The position numbers and the translations under genes are program-made. Below the pieces are notes generated by a model. The model was not told where the DNA came from. It searched no databases and saw only the letters and a program-made list of their open reading frames with translations. A stretch of DNA of 63,348 bases, the filler included, from Octopus bimaculoides (lineage: Eukaryota): the NCBI RefSeq assembly GCF_001194135.2. It is 6 parts of 6 records of this genome, joined end to end, with 100 filler letters (N's around TTAATTAATTAA, not from the genome) between each part and the next. Parts side by side here need not be neighbours in the genome. Positions count along the whole stretch, not along the records: positions 50,919 to 54,433 come from NC_068990.1; positions 54,534 to 62,145 come from NW_026313195.1; positions 62,246 to 63,348 come from NC_068986.1; 3 more parts are not named here. One strand, 5' to 3'. Positions 53,387 to 63,348 of the stretch are shown here, one piece after another; the first letter of the stretch is position 1; each line of letters begins with the position of its first letter.

Positions 53387-54385
53387 ATACATACATAAAT
53401 ATATATATATATATTATATCTATATTATATCTATATATATGTATGAGTGTGTGTGCACATCTATGTCTGTATGCATGCATATATGTAAATATATATNNNN
53501 NNNNNNTATATACACGTTGACATAAACATATACTTCCCTATGGGTGCGTGCTTGTGTGAGTGCGTGCGTGCGTGCGTGTATGTCTGTGTGAGTGTGCACC
53601 ATTACTATAACGCATTGTTATTGTGGTTAAAGAGTTCGAATCCATCACGTGATGTACAGGGTGCGATTCCTGTTGGTCATGCTGGCATCATTTCTGAAAG
53701 CTGTCGGCAACTGGCTGAATCGTCAAAGTATAGCCATCACGACTCTGTGGCGTTGAAGTCAAACACTGCCGAAGTCAAATTTGTTTTTCTTGGTTCGAAT
53801 AGGACAAAATAAAGTACTATTTCTGCATTGAGACGGTTCTTCTCTTCCCCGGTTGCTGTTTGTCTCCTGTCAACTCTTCCGGCTTCCTCCTTTCACAAGA
53901 AATCGACTTTGGTTAACTCTTAAGATGGATAGATTGCGGCATATTTCAAAGTGCTCAAGACCGGAAATAGCGTCATAACAACGTACTTATGATTTTATTA
54001 GCAGTTGACGAACAACGGCTAGGCATTATTACGCAATTGTCACTGAAACTCATGGAAATATATAATAATCATTCCACACTATCCTAAGTGTCATGAGCAG
54101 GTTGCAGTCCAGTCACCTTAAAATGAAACCAATTAAACTCCGAAACTTTGACATAGGGGTGTGAGTTTATATCGAATTCTCTACTCAGTTGACACTGAAT
54201 TTACTTACTATATATATACACATGCACAGGTGCATGCATAATAAAAGTTCATTAATACATTGACAAGATCAGACCTACAATTGTTTCAATTCATCACTTG
54301 CAGCATAAAATCAACTATGTACTCAATGCATGAAGTTTCATTGTTTGGCCCAAGGTCTAATAAAGAGCCCTTCACACGAGCTACT

Positions 54386-54420
54386 TTAAAAGCCGACCTA
54401 TCGGGCGGCTTTTAAGCTGG
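54386..54420 (+). mobile_element. Helitron-type 3' terminus (hairpin plus CTRR|T)
   Basis: TTAAAAGCCG-acctatcggg-CGGCTTTTAA followed by G-CTGG|T. Confidence 0.55.
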
Positions 54421-54825
54421 TATTTTATATATANNNNNNNNNNNNNNNNNNNNNNNNNNNNNNNNNNNNNNNNNNNNTTAATTAATTAANNNNNNNNNNN
54501 NNNNNNNNNNNNNNNNNNNNNNNNNNNNNNNNNTATGTTGGAGAAGCAACTCAATGCTAATCCCTGTATATTTATGATTATATATATATATATATATAGG
54601 TTTCAAATTTTAGCACAAAAACAGCAAGTTTGGTGAAGGGGATAAGTTTATTACATCGACCCAAGTTCTTGACTGGTATTTTTTTTATTGACCCCCCAAA
54701 AGAATGAAATGCAAAGCTGACCTCAGTGGAATTTGATTTCAGAATGAAAAGATGGACAAAATGTTGCAAAGCATTTTGTCTGCTATGCTAAGGATTTAGT
54801 CTGCTTGCATTACATATCTATTCTA

Positions 54826-55192
54826 TATAGAAAGGTGTAGGTAGAAACTCTATACGATGTACCCAGTGTAAGCTATGGACACATAAGAGGTGCAGCAATA
54901 TCAAAGGAAGGCTAACTAGGAAGATAGTTTTTGTATGTGGCAGATACTCAGGAGCAATAAACACTGGAAATGTGCAGAAAACAACCATTGCCACACTCCA
55001 GGGAGAAAAACTAGAAGTAGTTGATAGCTTCCATTACCTAGGTGACCAAGTTAGTAGGAGGGGAGGGTGCACTGAAAGTGTAGCTGCTAGAATAAGAATA
55101 GCGTGGGCAAAGTTCAGAGAGCTCTTACCTCTGCTGGTGACAAAGGGCCTCTCGTTCAGAGTAAAAGGCAGACTGTATGACGCATGTGTACA
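54826..55192 (+). mobile_element. RTE LINE fragment: Cys/His finger plus RT C-terminal region
   Basis: GVGRNSIRCTQCKLWTHKRC...LEVVDSFHYLGD...ARIRIAWAKFRELLPLL...KGRLYDACV. Confidence 0.9.
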
Positions 55193-55194
55193 AA

Positions 55195-55905
55195 TGATGC
55201 TGGAAATGTTCTTGCCCTTCTTGTTGAGAATCACTCATTAAATATATTTGAAGGACTTTTGGTGATTCATTTGACAGAGGCAGTAGAGAGCCAATCCAAT
55301 GATAAATCTGGCCTTGGAGCTTGAAAGTTTGCAGGAATCCTGGCTCAGTTATATATATTGTGGCTCCAAATAATGTCACCTGTAGTGCAGCATTGTATTG
55401 TCTAATTTTGTTTTAAAAGTGGTTGGAATCTTGGTCGGTTGATGACAACAGCTTCTTCACTGGCTCTGGAGGTTGGGGGATTGCAGGGAGGAGGTTAGCC
55501 TTTCCACCACTGCAGCATAGTGTGGGTGTCTCCCCAGGTCACTTCCTTGCTTTACAATGTATGCACTCAGCTGTCACTGCACCAATGGAAACTCTAGTAT
55601 CATCTGCATAATGAACTGCTGGACCATAATTGAAAGCTGCTTCATGGAAGTTGCTTCTCTGAACTGTTGCAAATGCTCTTTCATGTGCAGTGGAGATCCT
55701 ATTCCTTGTCAGCTGTGCATACCGCTGTTCATCACTTTGCGATGCTGTAGCTTTTGCAGTGTGCAGTCTGTTCATTTCTTGGTGAGCTTCACTTCTTGCA
55801 GCTGTCTCTTTTTCTGCAGACAGAGACATTCTTTTGGCTGACATTGACATTGTAGACAAATTTGACACTTTTGGTGACATTGCATTTTGTTAAAGCATAA
55901 CTATT

Positions 55906-55915
<10 letters not shown>
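55195..55915 (-). mobile_element. Helitron Rep-helicase N-terminal fragment
   Basis: AFNY...IGAVTAECIHCKARK*PGETPTLCCSGGK...PPEP...IRQYN...FGA...TFKLQGQIYHWIGSLLP...LQIY. The 5' end runs into a (TA)n tract. Confidence 0.9.
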
Positions 55916-55950
<35 letters not shown>

Positions 55951-56074
55951 ATGAGATTATTAAACATTGGTACAACTTGATGATAGAATCAAATATATAT
56001 TATATGTACACATGCTTTTGTACTACAACAAAAACAAGAACAACAATGACAAAGAAAGAAAAAGTTGAAAATAC

Positions 56075-56307
56075 CTTGGTTAAGTGAAAAGTTTTCCCAG
56101 TGCTGTTGAAGACTATTTTCACCTCACTGATGCTTTTATTTGGAATATTGATAAAAGAAGACACTGTTGGGCGGTAAGCTAACTTTCCGAATACTACAGT
56201 TTGTGAAGTGTTTTTTTCACTGCCAGTCACTCCGACAGATGCAGATATAATGAGTAAATGTCGTGCTAGTTTGGATTGAGAAGTTAGTTCTATTTTCCAT
56301 GTGGAAT
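56075..56307 (-). CDS. Exon 3 (233 nt, phase 1 to 0) of the host gene
   Basis: Long pyrimidine tract TTTTCTTCTTTGTTCTTTAG, donor AAG|GTATTT. Open frame (D)STWKIELTSQSKLARHLLIISASVGVTGSEKNTSQTVVFGKLAYRPTVSSFINIPNKSISEVKIVFNSTGKTFHLTK. Confidence 0.8.
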
Positions 56308-56738
56308 CTAAAGAACAAAGAAGAAAATAATTGAAGGAAAAATAACAATAACAAACGTGGTGTAGTGGCTGTAATTCATTAAGAAAAATATGTCCAGCAA
56401 TCGAAAGGTAAAAATGGTGAATTACTTGACATTTTGAGATTTGAGTTATTTCTCAACAGTAAGTGACTGATTTTGTTAACATTCACCTTTGATCTTTTAT
56501 TTTGTTCAATCATTAGATTGTGGCCATGCTGGGGCACCACCTGGGGCATCCATAGCAGTAGATCACTTGCCACCTCTTCTATAGCTCTCCAGAGCTATAG
56601 AATGTGTGTGTGTGTGTGTGTGTGCGTGTGTGTATGTATGAGATTAAATGCTTCCAGCCAAAGAAAACATATCTCAATGGATTTTTTCCGATCCATCCTA
56701 CACAGAAATGATATCAGAAATGTCTTTTATGAACTTAC

Positions 56739-56838
56739 CATTTGTCAAGAAACATCCATGCAAGGAATGCACTATGACTAGATGATTAAGAAAAATACAA
56801 GAATATATTTCGGAAGTTTCCATATTCTTCATTTTTAC
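56739..56838 (-). CDS. Exon 2 (100 nt, phase 0 to 1) of the host gene
   Basis: Acceptor TCTCTTTCCA(T)nACTTTTAG, donor ATG|GTAAGT. Open frame VKMKNMETSEIYSCIFLNHLVIVHSLHGCFLTN. Confidence 0.8.
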
Positions 56839-57467
56839 CTAAAAGTAAAAAAAAAAAATGGAAAGAGAGATAATTTTTTCTCCAGGAAACACATGGGCTT
56901 TGAACAGGGGTCACTTTGTTCTGGATCCAGATGAGAAATACCTAACTTATTCTTCCACTCAGCAATTTTATCTCTACTTCAACTGAAATGTTCTTTCAAA
57001 TATTGATAGCTTTATAAATAGTCATACAACACCATGTTTAGAGGAGCTCAGCTGTTCAAATACAAGATGCATTGCAGAACTTTTNNNNNNNNNNNNNNNN
57101 NNNNNNNNNNNNNNNNNNNNNNNNNNNNNNNNNNNNNNNNNNNNNNNNNNNNNNNNNNNNNNNNNNNNNNNNNNNNNNNNNNNNNNNNNNNNNNNGGTAA
57201 AAATGAAAATATATAAAACTTATAAAAAAGATACCAATAAAATAAAATTTTAAAATTATTTGAACATACACATCAATTACAGGAGGATAACGATAAGACA
57301 TATTAAGTGTTAAATGTAAGGTAAATGATTAAGAATTATTTAAAATATATAAAGAAGTGTATTTTAGATATAGATTTTTAAAAAGTTAAAATTGTAAAAA
57401 ATATAAAGTATACAGTGAGATATATAAAAGTCATTAGAAACAGCCATAATGTTTTCATACCTGTACT

Positions 57468-57570
57468 TCTATAATCACTCATTTATAATCACTCATTTAT
57501 AATCACTCATTTATAATCACTCATTTATAATCACTCTTCTATAATCACTCACTTCTATAATCACTCATAC
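57468..57570. repeat. 14-bp minisatellite TATAATCACTCATT, ~7 copies
   Basis: Direct. Confidence 0.95.
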
Positions 57571-57584
57571 AAACTGGTCAGCCT

Positions 57585-59073
57585 ACGACCCAGTTTTTGG
57601 AAATACTCCTTAAAAACGGCAAGGGACAAGTTACATCTGTTAACAAGGGATACATTGATACTACCACCATTGGCCACACTGTCTCCAGCCCTGTTGATTT
57701 ATGTTCTGCCATTTTCCCAAATCTTACAACGGAATACTACATAAAACCAGACTGGCTTCATGACAGGGTTGTTGTTGCACCTACAAATGCAGCTGTCAAC
57801 ACTCTTAACTATCATTTACTCAGTCAGTTACCTTCTCAAAAATGTTGTTACAGATCATTTGACACCGTTACTGACCTTGATCACACTTTCTGACAGAATT
57901 TATCAACTCCCAAGATCCTCCAGGACGTCTCCATGAACTTCACTTAAAAGTCGGTTGGCCTGTCATCCTCCTATGCAATCTAACTGCACCCACACTATGC
58001 AATGAACCTCGTTTTGCAGTCAAACGTTTTTGAAGCCCAGATTATCATAGGACATGGCAAAAACAATACCGTTTTCATTCCAAAAATTCTGCTAAACCCA
58101 ACAGACTGCTCCTACCCTATGCAAAGGCTTCAGTTCCCTCTCAAACTCAGCTTCACCATGACAATTAACAAAGCACAAGGTCTGTCACTGAAAGTTGTCA
58201 GATTGGACCTTCGATCATTGTGCTTTTCTCATGGACAGTTCTTTGTCGGTTGTTCCAGAGTTGACCATCCAGACAACATATTCATCTATGCTCTTGAAGG
58301 AAAACCCCAAAATATTGTATACAAAGCAGCCCTACAGTAGTTATTCCTCTACTGCATTCTTCACATCTACACCAGACTGTAGCCATTAGCAATGAGACTT
58401 CCTGCATTGCCATTCCATTGATATTTTGCTTCATTTCCCTGACTGCTGTTAACAGTACATTACCTTCAATGACCCTTCTTACTTNNNNNNNNNNNNNNNN
58501 NNNNNNNNNNNNNNNNNNNNNNNNNNNNNNNNNNNNNNNNNNNNNNNNNNNNNNNNNNNNNNNNNNNNNNNNNNNNNNNNNNNNNNNNNNNNNNNNNNNN
58601 NNNNNNNNNNNNNNNNNTAAGCATGCTCTTTTATTTTTGTACATGCCATTATTCTATTCGTGGGTTTGCTATAAATGTTTGCTTTTCTTTATCATTCATG
58701 ACTTTTACTGAAAAAAAAAAACTTCAATGTGGTTGTGTCAGGCATAATGAGAAAAATAAGTACATGATACAAAACACTTCAGGTAAGTTACAGGATCCTT
58801 AATACCTACTGCAAATGCGATCTCATTTCATGGACTTTCTGAACACAAATTTAACATTTATTACTAACTGCTAAATTTGTGTTCAGAAAACTTTATTCAT
58901 TACCTAAGTTGCTTGATGCCATATCATAAACTGCTAACAAAAATGGTAATTATACATTTTACACTTATCAACTTGAAACGACTTCTAACTGTGGGCTAAT
59001 TCAACTTAAACCGTCCACAGGAGTGCACCTTTATAATGAATTACACCGTCCAAAGGACAGGTGCATTTGCTAG
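57585..59073 (+). mobile_element. Helitron 3' half: PIF1-like helicase C-terminus (to 58340), 3' region and terminus
   Basis: WLHDRVVVAPTNAAV...LKVG.PVILL.NL...RLQFPLKLSFTMTINKAQG...FSHGQFFVGCSRV...NIVYKAAL*. Terminal hairpin CACCGTCC-AAA-GGACAGGTG (59044-63), then CTAG|T (59070-74). Confidence 0.9.
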
Positions 59074-59139
59074 TACATATATTTGTGTGTGTGTGTGTGG
59101 TAAATGAAAGACATGATGGAAGATACGGGAAATTTATTA

Positions 59140-59245
59140 ATCACTACAATTGTTTTGACAAATCTTGCATTGATCCCTCATAGTTGGGATACGTAACAAA
59201 TGGTTCAGGAGCATCTGACTGTGCAGATGTGTCTCTTCAGGTGAT
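59140..59245 (-). ncRNA. Type I hammerhead with long branched stem II, G12A (probably inactive)
   Basis: AUCAC-CUGAAGA-GACACAUCUGCA...UGCAAGAUUUGUC-AAAA-CAAUUG-UA-GUGAU. Palindrome ACAAUUGU, GUA site. Confidence 0.7.
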
Positions 59246-61156
59246 AAATAGACATAACTCATTAAAATAACAGTGCCGCAATGTATCTTTTCATTTCATT
59301 TAAAGAAAAGCAGAAAATTAAAGTATAATGCTTCATTAACATAGAAGATCAATAATAATATAATAGATGCTGTGCCGCCTGACTGGCACCTGTGCCACTG
59401 GTACATAAAAAGCATTATTCAAGCATGATCAATACCAGTGCCACCTGCCTCCCATGCCAATGGCACACAAAAAGTACCCACTACATTCTCATAGATCTTC
59501 CAGGGCATTAGAAAGGGCATTCAGATTGGAGCCTGGTGTAGCTTCCTAGCTTTCCAGTCCTCAGTCAAACCATCCAACCCATGTCAGCATGAAAAGTGGA
59601 CGTTAAATGACAATGGTGATGAGATGCAAAACAGAAGCAAGCATGCAATACAATGGAAGAAGTATTAAAGATAACCCTTAATGGATATGGATGTATAAAT
59701 GCCCTCACATAAGTTGTATGGTGCATGCACACTCACTCATATAAGCCTCTGTGAAGATGCAAGTACACACATACATCTGNNNNNNNNNNNNNNNNNNNNN
59801 NNNNNNNNNNNNNNNNNNNNNNNNNNNNNNNNNNNNNNNNNNNNNNNNNNNNNNNNNNNNNNNNNNNNNNNNNNNNNNNNNNNNNNNNNNNNNNNNNNNN
59901 NNNNNNNNNNNNNNNNNNNNNNNNNNNNNNNNNNNNNNNNNNNNNNNNNNNNNNNNNNNNNNNNNNNNNNNNNNNNNNNNNNNNNNNNNNNNNNNNNNNN
60001 NNNNNNNNNNNNNNNNNNNNNNNNNNNNNNNNNNNNNNNNNNNNNNNNNNNNNNNNNNNNNNNNNNNNNNNNNNNNNNNNNNNNNNNNNNNNNNNNNNNN
60101 NNNNNNNNNNNNNNNNNNNNNNNNNNNNNNNNNNNNNNNNNNNNNNNNNNNNNNNNNNNNNNNNNNNNNNNNNNNNNNNNNNNNNNNNNNNNNNNNNNNN
60201 NNNNNNNNNNNNNNNNNNNNNNNNNNNNNNNNNNNNNNNNNNNNNNNNNNNNNNNNNNNNNNNNNNNNNNNNNNNNNNNNNNNNNNNNNNNNNNNNNNNN
60301 NNNNNNNNNNNNNNNNNNNNNNNNNNNNNNNNNNNNNNNNNNNNNNNNNNNNNNNNNNNNNNNNNNNNNNNNNNNNNNNNNNNNNNNNNNNNNNNNNNNN
60401 NNNNNNNNNNNNNNNNNNNNNNNNNNNNNNNNNNNNNNNNNNNNNNNNNNNNNNNNNNNNNNNNNNNNNNNNNNNNNNNNNNNNNNNNNNNNNNNNNNNN
60501 NNNNNNNNNNNNNNNNNNNNNNNNNNNNNNNNNNNNNNNNNNNNNNNNNNNNNNNNNNNNNNNNNNNNNNNNNNNNNNNNNNNNNNNNNNNNNNNNNNNN
60601 NNNNNNNNNNNNNNNNNNNNNNNNNNNNNNNNNNNNNNNNNNNNNNNNNNNNNNNNNNNNNNNNNNNNNNNNNNNNNNNNNNNNNNNNNNNNNNNNNNNN
60701 NNNNNNNNNNNNNNNNNNNNNNNNNNNNNNNNTGTGTGTATATGTATGTATGTGTGCATATGTATGTATGTGTGTATATGTATGTATATATATATTTATG
60801 TATGTATGTATGTTTGTTGGCTTGTGTGTGTTTGTGTGTGTTTGTGTGAGTGTGTGATTGTCCCCACACTACCATTTGACAATCTGTGGAGATGTTTTAC
60901 TTCCCTGGCACTTAGTGGTTCACCAAAAGATACTGATAGAGCAGGTACCAGGTTTTAAAGCAAAAATACGGGGGTCAATTTGTTCAACTAAAATCCTTCA
61001 AGTCAGTGTCCCAGCATGGTCGCTGTCTAATGACTGAAACAAGTAAAAGGAAAAAGATAACTGTAGAAGCCCTGGAAACATGTAAAGAGATGAAGCTGAG
61101 TGAAGAAGGGAAACTTCTTTCGAAATGGAAACAAACAAAATAAAGGTTTTACTCAC

Positions 61157-61362
61157 CGTTTTATCCAACCAAAATTTTCCTTCAGCGCTAAAAGGTAACC
61201 ATGACATATAATTGAATATCGTTGGAAGAAAGAATGATACATTTGACTTTCTAGAATTTCTTCCAAATTTGGTATTGACCAACTCACCATGCCAAGTAGT
61301 AAAAGAACCTTTAAAATCATCATGTATGTGACTACGTGTAACTTCAACGGTCCAGTGTGCCA
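61157..61362 (-). CDS. Exon 1 in window (206 nt, phase 1 to 0) of the host gene
   Basis: Acceptor GTCTCTTTTATTTCCAG, donor ACG|GTGAGT. Open frame AHWTVEVTRSHIHDDFKGSFTTWHGELVNTKFGRNSRKSNVSFFLPTIFNYMSWLPFSAEGKFWLDKT. Confidence 0.85.
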
Positions 61363-61662
61363 CTGGAAATAAAAGAGACAAAACAGGACATCAGTGACAA
61401 CAAAGTTTCAAAATGAATAAACTTAAACCGTCAATTACTTTTATAAGGAGAAAGATTTCAAAGGAAATTATAAGAAGATGATTGGAAAATATTGTCTCTG
61501 CTCTTCTACCATAGTTTATTACAGTTTTTACATTTAGGTGGGACTGTGTAGGAGGAAGTTTGCTTCCCAACCACATGGTTCTGGGCAAGTGTCTTGTACA
61601 AAAGCTTTGGGTCAACCAAAATCTTGTGGGTGGATTTAGTGAATGAAAACTTAAGGGAACCC

Positions 61663-61870
61663 ATCGTATATATATAGATATAATGGTATTTTTTTTATAT
61701 AAGTTTAAAGCTTATGGCAATCATCGTGCAATGACTAAGGAAAATAAAGGGGCATATAAGCNNNNNNNNNNATCGTATATATATAGATATAATGGTATTT
61801 TTTTTATATAAGTTTAAAGCTTATGGCAATCATCGTGCAATGACTAAGGAAAATAAAGGGGCATATAAGC
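61663..61870. other. 99-bp exact duplication either side of a 10-N gap (contig overlap artefact)
   Basis: 61663-61761 is identical to 61772-61870. Confidence 0.9.
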
Positions 61871-62925
61871 TCTCAACAGAAAAAAGAAGTCTTTCCTATC
61901 TGTGTGGGAGACGAACCCACTTCCCTTTGTTAACATGACTAAGTGAGTTACCTTTACACCAGCGAATCAACCTCTCTTTTCCTGTCAAATTTAAGAACTA
62001 TAATAGTTTGTGTTTGCTTTTCTATATGCAAACAAACTTTCTATATGCTTTTGGTGCAAATGGCTTTTTATACAATGCCGTTTTTGTAAAAACGTATTAT
62101 GTATGTATGTATGTATGTATAAAATTATTATAAACAGCTAGGTGCNNNNNNNNNNNNNNNNNNNNNNNNNNNNNNNNNNNNNNNNNNNNTTAATTAATTA
62201 ANNNNNNNNNNNNNNNNNNNNNNNNNNNNNNNNNNNNNNNNNNNNATATATATATATATACGCACACATAGCCACCTACACAAACGCACACTTAGATATA
62301 TGTATGTATGTATATATGTACACGAAAGCATAGAGGGGAGGGAGAACGTTAGAGTGACAGGGAGACGGTGAGTGTTACTAAAACTTGTTATGCTGTTTCG
62401 TGTGTGGTCATGTTTCATATACAAAACCTATTTTGTGGTCAGAAATTCAATTATTCTAAATTATACATCAGTGTATGACCAACAAGAAACAAGCCAAAAA
62501 CATATTTGATACTGTTTTATTAGGCTGTTAGCATTCTTAACACTGTGAAAAACTTCTCACTTTACTTGAAAGTCTAAATTTAACCTTTTATAGCTTCAGG
62601 GCTAAAAACCATTCTCTCTCAGAATAGCATTCACTTTAAGTAACGCATTGGTGTAGAAAATGTATAAACTATTTGCCTTTGGCGGAAGCTAGAAAACTTA
62701 GAAAATGTCTTCAATGGAAATAGAGTTATTTCGCTTTAAGTAAATTCGTTACAAATTTCTCGTATTTTATATCATTTAGCTAAGGAAATAGAAAATATAT
62801 TAGCTGACCTGGGCCAGCGATGATGTAAAAATCACAGAAATGATTTTGATCCGAATTCTTACTATATTATATATTTTCTTTTCCGTTTATTGACTTACAT
62901 TTATTTTGTGAATAAACTAGATACA

Positions 62926-63013
<88 letters not shown>

Positions 63014-63348
63014 ACACGCGCGCACACACACACAAACACATACACACACACACATATACATTGCCTGAACGATTGGTATACGTTAGATTCTCATAAGTAT
63101 GTATGCGTCCTATATATGCAAATGTTACTGGAATCACATCAGCAACATCTGCGTACGCATATATGTGTGTGTTTACATTCCTGTATGTCTGTGTGTTTGC
63201 AGATGCATAAATATATGTGTGTGTGTAATGCATGTGTACATGTGTGTGTATGTTTATGTACTCATATATGTACACCTATATGTATATATACATATATATG
63301 TATATATATTTATATAAAGGGCATTATTACAGAAAAATAATAACGCCA

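Noticed and set aside
54386-54415. Looks like a bacterial intrinsic terminator
   Set aside because: The context is eukaryotic, and the following CTGG|T fits a Helitron 3' end better.
56101-56173. Plus-strand exon candidate (CCCAG...GCG|GTAAGC)
   Set aside because: It lies wholly inside the better-supported minus-strand exon 3 and has a weak pyrimidine tract.
3660-63340. Most ORFs in the supplied track (poly-IY, CV, TH, LS, X-containing)
   Set aside because: They are translations of microsatellites, SINEs and N gaps, with no protein signal.

Overview
Eukaryotic, gap-rich, AT-rich, microsatellite-laden genomic DNA, most likely an Octopus scaffold. The species call is an inference from the tRNA-SINE families and repeat landscape. 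Nearly all ORFs in the supplied track are microsatellite, gap or repeat artefacts. The window is mostly decayed transposons: several tRNA-SINE families, CR1 and RTE LINE pieces, Tc1/mariner relics, Helitron pieces, MITEs and Penelope-like element (PLE) pieces. Three things stand out. (1) Four hammerhead ribozyme (HHR)-like motifs. One is a near-intact type I HHR with a long branched stem II, behind a PLE GIY-YIG ORF (9471-9559). Two are decayed type I copies (49833-49867, 59140-59245). The fourth is a candidate non-circularly permuted (pseudoknotted) HHR at 27768-27835 on the minus strand. (2) Four phase-compatible minus-strand exons (61157-61362, 56739-56838, 56075-56307, 53150-53255) that are not assembled in the ORF track and encode two tandem copies of a ~105-110 aa PLAT/lipase-C-terminal-like module. 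(3) Many long near-perfect palindromes and inverted repeats. All structure and homology calls were made by eye; no searches or folding programs were run.
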